Virus record (IMG/VR): IMGVR_UViG_3300022903_000002
Location: 32,001 to 96,000 of that record
Direction: 5' to 3' (one strand)
DNA length: 64,000 nucleotides
Source of the DNA: a virus
In this document: positions 56,551-64,000 of the stretch, piece by piece
Layout of the letters: each line of letters begins with the position of its first letter
How positions within the stretch are numbered: position 1 is the stretch's first letter
Notes under the pieces: generated by a model
What the model was told of the DNA's origin: nothing
Databases searched by the model: none
What the model saw: only the letters and a program-made list of their open reading frames with translations
Program-made: the position numbers and the translations under genes

Positions 56551-56864
56551 TGGGCGGGTGGCGGTTAACCCCACACGGTGAGGCTGTCTTAGCCGAGTGG
56601 AAGAAGACCGCCACTCCCGCCCACCAGCACCGCTTAGGTGAGGTCCTCGACTCGATCGGAGATGGGTCGTGGGAAGGCCGCTGGTGGAATGAGCCGTACC
56701 CACCTAACCCGGACTTCACGGAACTCCGCGCCGGCGACGGGCTCATCGTCCTGGCGAAGGGGACCCTCGACGGCGAGGAAGAGCTCACGTGGATCGACTT
56801 CGCCGGGATCTGGGTCGTGGACCGTGACGACGCAGACCTGCCTATTTCCGAGGGCACCGACTAG
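56550..56864 (+). CDS. hypothetical protein (possible RelE-like toxin) with three TTA codons
   Basis: GGGAGG RBS; TTA at 56565, 56589, 56634. Confidence 0.6.
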   Translation: MGGWRLTPHGEAVLAEWKKTATPAHQHRLGEVLDSIGDGSWEGRWWNEPYPPNPDFTELRAGDGLIVLAKGTLDGEEELTWIDFAGIWVVDRDDADLPISEGTD

Positions 56865-57177
56865 ATTCACCGCGTGTCCCGCGGTCGTGCGGAGTCCCCG
56901 TAAGCCAGGCCCGGCGTCCTGAACCCCACAGGATCCCGGCGGAGCGAACATTCCTGACTTTGGACAATCCTTCAGAATCACCAAAGGTTAGAAGTTACTC
57001 TGGCCGAGCAGGCGACCGAGCGACCGCCTACCTGGGAGCAAATCCCGATCCGGCAAGTTGTAAACGAATCGCCTCAAGGCCGCCCGGACTGGTGCACGTC
57101 TGGTCTGGGACACAGAACGAGGCGCCCTCCACTGGAGGAACGCCTCGTCTGTCCGGACGGTCGGTCGGGTCAGGGGA

Positions 57178-57327
57178 TCAAATCTGAGCCCGACCGGCCA
57201 TCCGCTTCAACCTTCTCGCTGCGAGGGTGACTCCGAGGGCGAAGCCCCCGGCGCCGATCGCGAGTGCGCTGGCATAGAGTGCCGTCGCGTCGCAGCCCCG
57301 CAACGCTCTTCGTGCGTGCCGGTCCAT
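57178..57327 (-). CDS. 49-aa single-TM peptide
   Basis: GAGGAGG RBS; MDRHARR...LAIGAGGFALGVTLAARRLKR. Confidence 0.5.
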   Translation of the reverse strand: MDRHARRALRGCDATALYASALAIGAGGFALGVTLAARRLKRMAGRAQI

Positions 57328-57521
57328 ATGGTGGTTCACCTCCTCTCCGTCTTCGTGCGGACTGTTGACGTCCGCTGTGGAGGTGAGTGCCGCATGGGCG
57401 ACGAGGGGAACGTTAGTCGTGCCAGGGGTGGTGAGGTGGGGGATCGGACATTTGTTGCATGTGTCCGGTTTGGGGGGATCCTGCCCGCTGGGCTGTCGGG
57501 GGCGGTTCCTAGGATGCGGTC

Positions 57522-57737
57522 ATGGCCGACTTCGACATCCCTGCTGACCTCGTACAACTACGTCGTGACTTCGTGAAGGCCGATGCTGCCCGGGCCGACG
57601 AGGGCGAGTCCGCTGCGGAGGCGCACCGTGAGGCGCAGAGACTCGCGGAGGCGATCCACGACCACCCGTGGTGGGCCGTGTGCGGCGGGAACCGGTTCGA
57701 CGCCCGTATGGCGCTGATCGCCGCGGCGAAAGCCTGA
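57522..57737 (+). CDS. small hypothetical protein
   Basis: IPADLVQL...IHDHPWW motif. Confidence 0.6.
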   Translation: MADFDIPADLVQLRRDFVKADAARADEGESAAEAHREAQRLAEAIHDHPWWAVCGGNRFDARMALIAAAKA

Positions 57738-57840
57738 TATCGGGGGTTCAGGTCGCCCGCAACTAGACGACTTTCCGCAGGTCACTTCACATGCGACCGT
57801 GCGCGGGTACCGTCCCCATTGACACCCCTGGGAGGGCTCG

Positions 57841-57972
57841 ATGGGCGCACACGGCGGCGGTGGCAACTCGGACGGCAAAGGCGGGGACGGGAACAACCCG
57901 CGAGGTGGCTCCCACAGCGGCGGTTCCGGATCCGGCGGTAACGCCGGCGACGGCAACAAGCCCGGCAAGTGA
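57841..57972 (+). CDS. RiPP precursor peptide (imiditide/pamtide type), 43 aa
   Basis: GGGAGG RBS; MGAHGGGGNSDGKGGDGNNPRGGSHSGGSGSGGNAGDGNKPGK*; stop overlaps the methyltransferase start; absent from the ORF track. Confidence 0.75.
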   Translation: MGAHGGGGNSDGKGGDGNNPRGGSHSGGSGSGGNAGDGNKPGK

Positions 57973-59141
57973 CACCTGGCGACCTCGCCGCACGCATCGA
58001 CCGCCTGTGCGACCAGCTCGTCTCCAGCGGGGATCTACGAAGCCCTGTCTGGCGGGCTGCATTCCACGCGGTCCCGCGGCACCTGTTCGTCCCTGACAGG
58101 GCCTGGGCTTCCCCGAACGGCCCCGAAGCCGGCTACTCGATCGACCGTTCCTCCGACATGGACGGCTGGCTCGACGCCGTGTACTCCGACGCCGCGATCA
58201 TCACCCAACGCAACGACGGGCGAGCGGACGTCAACGGCGGTGGTGAACCGTCGAGTTCATGCTCCGCGCCGGCGACCGTCGCAGAGTTCCTCGAGTATCT
58301 GACCCCGGACGACTTCAACCGGGTCCTCGAGATCGGCACAGGAACCGGCTGGACTGCGGCGCTACTGTCGCACCGGGTCCGGGCCTGCAACGTCACATCC
58401 ATCGATATCGATCCGGTCGTGTCCGAGACGGCAGCGAAGAACCTCGCGGAGACGGACTACCATCCGCGGCTGATCGTGGGCGACGGGACGGCCGGCCACG
58501 GGTCCGGGGCGCCGTTCGACCGGGTTCATGTGGCGGTGGGCGTCGCGGACATCCCTCATGCGTGGGTCGACCAGACACGCCCGGGTGGGGTGATCGTGTT
58601 GCCGTTCATGCCCGGGTACGGCTTCGGGTGGCTCGCCCGCCTGCACGTCCTCGGTGACGGCACGGCGGTGGGCCGGTTCGTTGGGTCTGCCGGGTACATG
58701 ATGCTCCGCGGGCAGCGTCCGGCATGCCGGGCGATCCCAGATCTGCCGAAGGCCGGGCTGGTCGAGTCGACTACGCGACTGGATCCGCGGCGGGTCCACA
58801 CGGACACGAACGTCGACCTGTTCATCGCTGCGTCGATGCCGGGCGTTCAGGAGCGCCTCTTCTACGGCGACGGTGATGCGGCGGACGAGTGCACGCTGTG
58901 GCTCATCGAGTCGGGTGACACGGGGTCGTGGGCGTCCGTGGACTACGTCCCGGGCCGGGCCGAGTTCGTCGTGGAGCAGTACGGTGCGCGCCGTCTGTGG
59001 GACGAGGTTGAGGGGACGTACATGCGGTGGCTTGGCTGGGGGCGGCCGGGCATCGAACGGCTCGGGCTAACGGTCTCACCGGACGGCCAGTACGTGTGGT
59101 TGGACTCCCCGGACCGCGTGTTGACGCCGGGTGGGGGATGA
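57969..59141 (+). CDS. PIMT-like peptide aspartyl O-methyltransferase (RiPP maturase)
   Basis: VPRHLF, PSSSCSAP, VLEIGTGTGW, PFDRV, extra C-domain with VEQYGARRLWDEVE...GLTV...WLDSP. Confidence 0.88.
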   Translation: MTPGDLAARIDRLCDQLVSSGDLRSPVWRAAFHAVPRHLFVPDRAWASPNGPEAGYSIDRSSDMDGWLDAVYSDAAIITQRNDGRADVNGGGEPSSSCSAPATVAEFLEYLTPDDFNRVLEIGTGTGWTAALLSHRVRACNVTSIDIDPVVSETAAKNLAETDYHPRLIVGDGTAGHGSGAPFDRVHVAVGVADIPHAWVDQTRPGGVIVLPFMPGYGFGWLARLHVLGDGTAVGRFVGSAGYMMLRGQRPACRAIPDLPKAGLVESTTRLDPRRVHTDTNVDLFIAASMPGVQERLFYGDGDAADECTLWLIESGDTGSWASVDYVPGRAEFVVEQYGARRLWDEVEGTYMRWLGWGRPGIERLGLTVSPDGQYVWLDSPDRVLTPGGG

Positions 59142-59322
59142 CCTCGACGAGGCTCGTCACGTCAACGAGGGCGAGCGCCTGGTCCATTTCGCTGCGGCGG
59201 TAGTAGCCACGCCCGAGGAGGATGCGGTGGTGCCAGGACACCCTGATCCACTGCTGCGGGCCGTGGCCACGGTCGAGGACAACTATCTCAAGGCGTCGTC
59301 CGTCTGCGTCGACCATGACCAT
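58903..59322 (-). CDS. small hypothetical protein overlapping the methyltransferase 3' end
   Basis: MVMVDADGRRLEIVVLD...LVDVTSLVEV followed by a low-quality tail. Confidence 0.4.
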   Translation of the reverse strand: MVMVDADGRRLEIVVLDRGHGPQQWIRVSWHHRILLGRGYYRRSEMDQALALVDVTSLVEVIPHPASTRGPGSPTTRTGRPVRPLARAVRCPAAPSQATACTSPQPRPTDGAHRTAPRRTRPGPGRSPRTPTTPCHPTR

Positions 59323-59438
59323 GGCGGACAGAGTACCTACCTGGCAAAATGCGGTGTGGAGCTTAGCGCCCCCGCTTACTACTGGCCGGCGGGGGACTTC
59401 CAGGCGAACTTGTTGTTCCGGTTCAGGTCCCGCATCGG

Positions 59439-59765
59439 TCAGTCCTCCAGCTTGATCGCTCGCAGGGCCGCGTTGACCCGCTGCTCCCGTGCCGTGTTCG
59501 CGTGACTCGGGCGCGGCTTGCAGCAGGCAAGCTGCACACGCCATCGATCCTTGCCGAGATGGTCAGGAACGAGCTTCCACGACGCGGTTGTCGGTTCATC
59601 CACGATCAGTTCGAAGCCGCGCCACTGCAGTTCGGCGTTCCGGCCTACCTGCTCCAGCACGATCAGTTCCAGTGTCCGGCCGGCAAGGCGAAGGAACTCT
59701 GCGACGAGGATGCGATGAACGGCTGCGGCATAGCGCTGGGCGGCCTGCTCTGTGATCGTCGCCAT
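59439..59765 (-). CDS. hypothetical protein
   Basis: GAGG RBS; operon context. Confidence 0.55.
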   Translation of the reverse strand: MATITEQAAQRYAAAVHRILVAEFLRLAGRTLELIVLEQVGRNAELQWRGFELIVDEPTTASWKLVPDHLGKDRWRVQLACCKPRPSHANTAREQRVNAALRAIKLED

Positions 59766-59769
59766 CGGG

Positions 59770-59973
59770 TCAGTCCTCAACTTCCTGCCAGTCGGACACG
59801 ACCGTGTGTGTCGTGGCGTCGTAACTCAGGACGACGAGGACGCCCTCGCCTCGCTCGTTCTCCACGATCGCGTCCTCGGCATCCTCGCGCGAACCGAAGG
59901 GGAAGACGACACCTGTCTTCCAGCGGGCGCCGTACTGCTGCTTAATCTCGGGCTGCTTCTTGCGTGTGGCCAT
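59770..59973 (-). CDS. hypothetical protein
   Basis: Operon context. Confidence 0.6.
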   Translation of the reverse strand: MATRKKQPEIKQQYGARWKTGVVFPFGSREDAEDAIVENERGEGVLVVLSYDATTHTVVSDWQEVED

Positions 59974-59976
59974 CAG

Positions 59977-60138
59977 TCAGCGCTCCAGCTCTGCCAGGTA
60001 GGCGTTCAGGCTCTCGACCGTTGCCCGGAGATGCTGGACATTGATGACACCGCCGGTCTTGAGGATCTCGGCGGCCTTCTGGACGTCCCAGAGCGCGCGG
60101 TAGTAGGGCCTGTCGTCCGCCGCCGTGTTGGTACTCAT
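59977..60138 (-). CDS. hypothetical protein
   Basis: AAGGAA RBS. Confidence 0.55.
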   Translation of the reverse strand: MSTNTAADDRPYYRALWDVQKAAEILKTGGVINVQHLRATVESLNAYLAELER

Positions 60139-60231
60139 CTCGTTTTCCTTTGCTGCTGGGGGATGGTCTTGTCTGGTGCCCTCCCGTGTCTCGCTCACGG
60201 TGCCCGGCAGACCGGGAAAGGGCTGTGGAGG

Positions 60232-60528
60232 TCAGAAGAACTCGTGCCGGACGAACAGGACGCCTTCTTCCATCCACTCACCCCTCTCGGCGCGCGGACG
60301 GCGGATGTTCCGGCGGCCCGGCTCCGTGGGAACTACCTCTGCGATCATCTCCTCCGGGCTGTACTCAACGCCGTGCTCGGCGAAGATCCGGTGACCAGCC
60401 AGCATCGCCTTCCAGTCGGCGAAACTGTCGACACCCTCGGGGGCCTTGGCCGTGAAGTGCCCGGCGGCCCACTTGCCGATGTGGTCTGCCTCGTTGTCGG
60501 GGCTGTCGAGGTAGTAGTTGGTGCTCAT
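60232..60528 (-). CDS. conserved phage protein
   Basis: AAGGAG RBS; MSTNYY...HIGK...EHG...HEF. Confidence 0.65.
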   Translation of the reverse strand: MSTNYYLDSPDNEADHIGKWAAGHFTAKAPEGVDSFADWKAMLAGHRIFAEHGVEYSPEEMIAEVVPTEPGRRNIRRPRAERGEWMEEGVLFVRHEFF

Positions 60529-60799
60529 CCGGAACTCCTTCTCACTGGGGGTCGTATCTGGTGCCCCCCCGCGTCGTGAACGCGGAGCCGGTCTCACCGG
60601 AAAGGGCTAGGAATCAGGCTTTACCAGCTGCGGCGTCCCGAGACGACACGATCCGCATGCTCCCAGGCGCCCTTCACGTCGAACCCCCACCCGCGCGCCT
60701 CATCGAAAGCGGCGGCCCAGAGGTTCTTCTCGATGTCCTTGATCTCCACCGCACGGTCTCCTCGCTCGTTTCGGGGCTGGCTGATGCAGGCAGGCAAGG

Positions 60800-61072
60800 T
60801 CACCCGCAGGTCGGGCACGCCTCGTTGTTGTGCTCGACACCGCACCCACGGCACCTGTGGAACGACGCCCAGTACGCCTTCGCGTCGATGCGAGTGAGGG
60901 AGGACTCGCGGACCCCGCGGAGCTGAACGTCCCGGTCCGGGTCGGTGGCGAAGGCGATGTCGTAGTGGCCACACATGGCGCCGACGATCACGACCGTGCC
61001 GTGGTAGTTCGGCTTGGAGCCGTGGTACTCGGCGACGTCTCCGACCCGGAGCGTCATGGTCGCAGCGGTCAT
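60800..61072 (-). CDS. hypothetical protein with C-terminal Zn ribbon
   Basis: GAGGAG RBS; CRGCG...CPTCG. Confidence 0.6.
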   Translation of the reverse strand: MTAATMTLRVGDVAEYHGSKPNYHGTVVIVGAMCGHYDIAFATDPDRDVQLRGVRESSLTRIDAKAYWASFHRCRGCGVEHNNEACPTCG

Positions 61073-61178
61073 CTCGGTCTCCTCGGGTCGCAGTGGCGGG
61101 TGACCTCTACCCAGACCGTGTCGCCGGTGTGGGGGTCGGTTCCGATCTCGGTGCGGGTCATCCGTACTCCCTCGTGCT

Positions 61179-61255
61179 GTTTCTGTACTAACAGATTAAG
61201 GCTCGACATGCTGGTCATGCAAGGGTTCAGCTGATATTTTTGTGAGTACAGAAAC
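61179..61255. promoter_or_regulatory. inverted repeat in a divergent promoter region
   Basis: GTTTCTGTACTAACA / TGTGAGTACAGAAAC (14 of 15 complementary). Confidence 0.55.
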
Positions 61256-61280
61256 TGATCTCCAGCGGGAGGGTACGGCT

Positions 61281-61535
61281 ATGATTCCGTTCTCACAGAA
61301 ACCAGCCCCGAGGAGCGCCGTGCCACGCCCGCCAACAGGCGAAACCCCGATCCAGCACACCCGGGTTGACCAAGACGATTGGGACGACCTGGAGTCGGCG
61401 GTCGGACGCCAGCGCGCGAGGATCGTGCGCGACCTCATCCGCTGGTACCTGCGACGACCTGGCGCGGCATTGCCTGAGCGCCCATCCCGCGAACAGATCG
61501 CCGAAATCGCGCGGGCGCGGATCACGGGCGAATGA
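61281..61535 (+). CDS. ribbon-helix-helix-like regulator
   Basis: TPIQHTRVDQDDW...RARIVRDLIRWYL. Confidence 0.65.
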   Translation: MIPFSQKPAPRSAVPRPPTGETPIQHTRVDQDDWDDLESAVGRQRARIVRDLIRWYLRRPGAALPERPSREQIAEIARARITGE

Positions 61536-61855
61536 GCCGAGGGACCGCCGTCTACCGCCTCTACGATGCCGCCGACGTTCTCCTGTATGTGGGGGTAGCG
61601 AACAGGCCCGACGAGCGCTGGGGAACACACCGGAATAAACCCTGGTGGTCTCAGGTGGCACGGACCGAGATCGAGTGGCATCCGACCCGGGACATTGCGC
61701 TGCGGTGTGAAGCCGCAGTGATCCACGAGAAGAATCCGCTCCATAACCAGGTGGTCCCGAATCTGGATGGGTCAACAAAAGGGGCTCGTCTTCGGAGTGA
61801 CGCATCATGCCTCGCTATACGGCGTGGTCCTCGCCCCCGGAAGAGCCGGGGCTGA
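61532..61855 (+). CDS. GIY-YIG-like nuclease
   Basis: VYRLYD...LLYVG...RW..H...E..VI....P.HN. Confidence 0.75.
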   Translation: MSRGTAVYRLYDAADVLLYVGVANRPDERWGTHRNKPWWSQVARTEIEWHPTRDIALRCEAAVIHEKNPLHNQVVPNLDGSTKGARLRSDASCLAIRRGPRPRKSRG

Positions 61856-61913
61856 GAGAGAGCCGGGCCCGCTGCCACCCCTCAAGCGGAAACGGGCCCG
61901 GCGGTCTATGGGG

Positions 61914-63094
61914 TTACGCAGCGACCGTGACATCAGCAGCAGCGAGGACCCGGTCACGCCACTCCCGATACCGGGCCATCTCCTCCTCCGCCGCACCCTC
62001 AGCCAGGAGCTCACGCCCGAGGTCATGGACCGCGAGGATCTCAATGGTCGACGTCTCATCCATTGCCGTCTCCCGATGGAACCTCGACGGTGAAGTACCT
62101 GTAGCCGGCATCATTCCCGGTCCGGGTGCCGGGGCTGTCCGCACGCCACACGACGATCCCCACATCCCGCATGGCCGTGACGAGCCGCTCAACGTCATCG
62201 TTGTTGCCGCGGAGGCTCATCTTCGCGATGCCGGGCACGAGCGTGACCCCGGAGCGCTCACGATCCTCAGCGCGTGGCGAGGGTTCGCTGGCGCGCACGG
62301 CAAGCGCCTCATGCTTCGTGCGTTCCCACGAGTCGGAGGCGTAGCGGCTCTGATCTTCGCTCACGGCCCGCTCAACCGCGGTCCCGGCGGCGCGTCGCTG
62401 GAGAGACTCGCACGTCACGTTGCCTGCCTCGACGATGTCCTCGTATGTGGAGGTCACCCAGTGGTCGCCCCGGCAGGTCTGCACGAGACGCTCGACGCGG
62501 ATGGCCGGCTCATTGAGGCTGGACACCGACAAGTACGCCTCTACCGCGGACTCGCGTACCGTGCCCGAGTACAGGACGTCCTCGCCTGGGTGCTTCACGG
62601 TGTAGCGGTAGTCGCTCATCGGCCGCTCACCCCTGTGGCCCGGCCGTCGCCATCCACCTGCCCCTGGAGTTCACGGGCCTGCCGCCATGCAGCAGAGGCG
62701 ACCTCCCGCGACTCCTCATCCCCGTGCTCGCAGGCGATGAGCGTCAGCGTCTCGGCCTTGCGGCGCTGGTAGGGGAGAAGCTCGGCGGCAGGGACACCGT
62801 GGCGCTGCCCGAAGGCGGTGGCGATACGGGCGATCTCGCCGATCTCGGCGGCCAGACTCTGGGCGCTCACTGCTCCACCGCCTCGTGGTCGTCGCAGGCG
62901 AAGAGCGGGGAGTTGTCAGGCAGCGACCCGATGAACGTCTTCGGTCCGATGAGGGCGCGCTGGCAGTTCGCGTACACGCACCGCATGCCGGAGCGCTGGG
63001 CGAGGGTGAGGTTGGCGGGGTCGATCACTCGGCCTGGTTCGGCGGCCAGCAAACTTGGAGTCATTTCGACTGAGTCGAAAATCGCGTCGCTCAC
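61914..63094 (-). CDS. four coupled hypothetical ORFs (62867-63094, 62616-62870, 62056-62619, 61914-62063)
   Basis: Overlapping start/stop codons. Confidence 0.55.
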
Positions 63095-63624
63095 GAAGCC
63101 ACCTCCGTAACAGCTCCCAGTCGCTGCGCTCTCTTGCGCTCGGCTCGCTTACGCTCCCATTCGTTGTGGCACTTGCGGCACTTCCGCTCGCCGTGCGACC
63201 CGAGCTTGATGTTCTCGGGGGTATAGGCATGGCCGGCGGGGCATTCAGTCTTCAGGGTCTGCCAGTTCTTCCGCTGACCCTCTGTATTTATGCGGCCCCT
63301 GTTCACCTCAGGTGTTACTGCACGGAGGTGGAACGGGTTGCAGCAAGACCGGTGAGGGCACCTGTCTCCTGCGACACAACTCGGATTCCAGCTATGGCAG
63401 ATGTGGTCGATCTCCAGGCCAGGAGATATCGGTCCCACCATCTGCTCATAGACGAACCGATGTGGCCGGATCGTGGTGGTCTTTCCGCCACCCAGCCCGA
63501 TGGAATGGATCCCGTAGCCTCGGCCGTTCTGTGTGCCGAGCCACGGCCAACATTCGTCGGGACCTCGTTTTTGGATCCGGGACCAGATCCGGTCCGCGAG
63601 TGGGATGCGAGATGCGCGCGACAT
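63091..63624 (-). CDS. HNH homing-type endonuclease
   Basis: GGAGG RBS; CWPW..GYG..HRFVYE..GLEIDHIC..CCNPFHL..VT..N, C-terminal CPAGH..CRKC. Confidence 0.88.
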   Translation of the reverse strand: MSRASRIPLADRIWSRIQKRGPDECWPWLGTQNGRGYGIHSIGLGGGKTTTIRPHRFVYEQMVGPISPGLEIDHICHSWNPSCVAGDRCPHRSCCNPFHLRAVTPEVNRGRINTEGQRKNWQTLKTECPAGHAYTPENIKLGSHGERKCRKCHNEWERKRAERKRAQRLGAVTEVAS

Positions 63625-63641
63625 CAGGTTGACCTCCGGTC

Positions 63642-63879
63642 GGGAGCACGGGGAGCACGGACGTGCTTTTCGGGGGTGCTCTCGGTCCTCTGCTGTCCGA
63701 GCCTGTCCGGTCTCAACCAGGAGATTTAGGGTCTGACCTGCGTGGAGGTTTAGGGAAACCTCGTTCACACCGAAGAGGTCACTGGTTCGAACCCAGTATC
63801 GCCCACCCAAGGTCAGGCCCGCTTTTCCGGTCAGGACAAGATCGGCTAGAGCGGTTCTCGGGAGCACATCTGGGAGCAC
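63642..63879. repeat. integrase arm-type sites flanking the core (attP)
   Basis: GGGAGCAC at 63642, 63651, 63860, 63872. Confidence 0.7.
63761..63807 (+). other. att core: 3' half of tRNA-Val(CAC)
   Basis: TCG-TTCACAC-CGAAGAGGTCACTGGTTCGAACCCAGTATCGCCCACC covers the anticodon loop, T-arm and 3' acceptor strand; no 5' half upstream. Confidence 0.85.
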
Positions 63880-63908
63880 GGTAACACGGCAGAGAGACAT
63901 TTCGCCTG

Positions 63909-64000
63909 TCATGCGGTCCCACCATCCGTGTCGCTGAGCAGCTTGTGTAGCAACGGTACGGGCGATGTCGGACAGATCTCCCGACGTGCAGCGAGTGTTC
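63909..64000 (-). CDS. int: 3' end of probable tyrosine integrase (partial)
   Basis: Reads ...TLAARREICPTSPVPLLHKLLSDTDGGTA*, similar to C-termini of actinomycete tRNA-targeting integrases; points toward the att core. Confidence 0.55.
   Translation of the reverse strand, partial: TLAARREICPTSPVPLLHKLLSDTDGGTA

Larger units (their letters stand above)
1..64000. mobile_element. temperate actinophage (siphovirus) carrying an AICE/plasmid-like transfer module
   Basis: Full virion module, attP and int end; no host housekeeping genes seen. Confidence 0.9.

Noticed and set aside
57011-57034. 22/24-nt match to 14177-14200 (both encode GDRATAYL)
   Set aside because: A rough estimate suggests about one such match is expected by chance in 64 kb of GC-rich DNA; no flanking similarity
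60207-60620. Repeated ACCGG(G)AAAGGGCT after two small genes
   Set aside because: Only two short imperfect copies; too weak to call a cassette system
36755-63742. Scattered TGACCTGC/GCAGGTCA octamers in intergenic regions
   Set aside because: Enrichment cannot be established without counting, and the motif also occurs within CDSs
63735-63810. Complete tRNA-Val gene
   Set aside because: The 5' acceptor strand and D-arm are missing; interpreted as an att core

Overview
GC-rich temperate siphophage of a filamentous actinomycete, apparently in excised or circular form: an intact attP-like site (3' half of tRNA-Val(CAC) flanked on both sides by GGGAGCAC repeats) lies next to the 3' end of a probable integrase at the right edge. 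1-5.3 kb: accessory genes (two GT2 glycosyltransferases, Ig-like protein, lipoprotein, two HNH nucleases). 5.5-32.7 kb (+ strand): complete packaging, head, tail and lysis module. It includes a GT4 gene directly after the capsid gene, a -1 frameshifted tail chaperone, a tape measure protein with a LAGLIDADG intein inserted at the catalytic Cys of its CHAP domain, a GH26-like hydrolase, a CHAP endolysin, a papain-like peptidase and a holin. 32.7-53.4 kb (- strand): sortase-anchored protein, XerC/D-like recombinase with a dif-like site, TIGR02391-like protein and many small genes. This stretch also holds a Streptomyces-plasmid/AICE-type transfer module (FtsK-like TraB, Spd-like membrane proteins, a repeat array resembling a clt locus, WhiB, Xis-like HTH). 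53.4-64 kb: XRE repressor, two Nudix hydrolases, an iteron-like repeat region, a TTA-rich gene pair, an imiditide/pamtide-type RiPP pair, RHH, GIY-YIG and HNH genes, and attP. The main novelty candidate is a virion-forming phage that also encodes a TraB-type conjugation system. All family assignments come from reading motifs by eye; no database searches were run.
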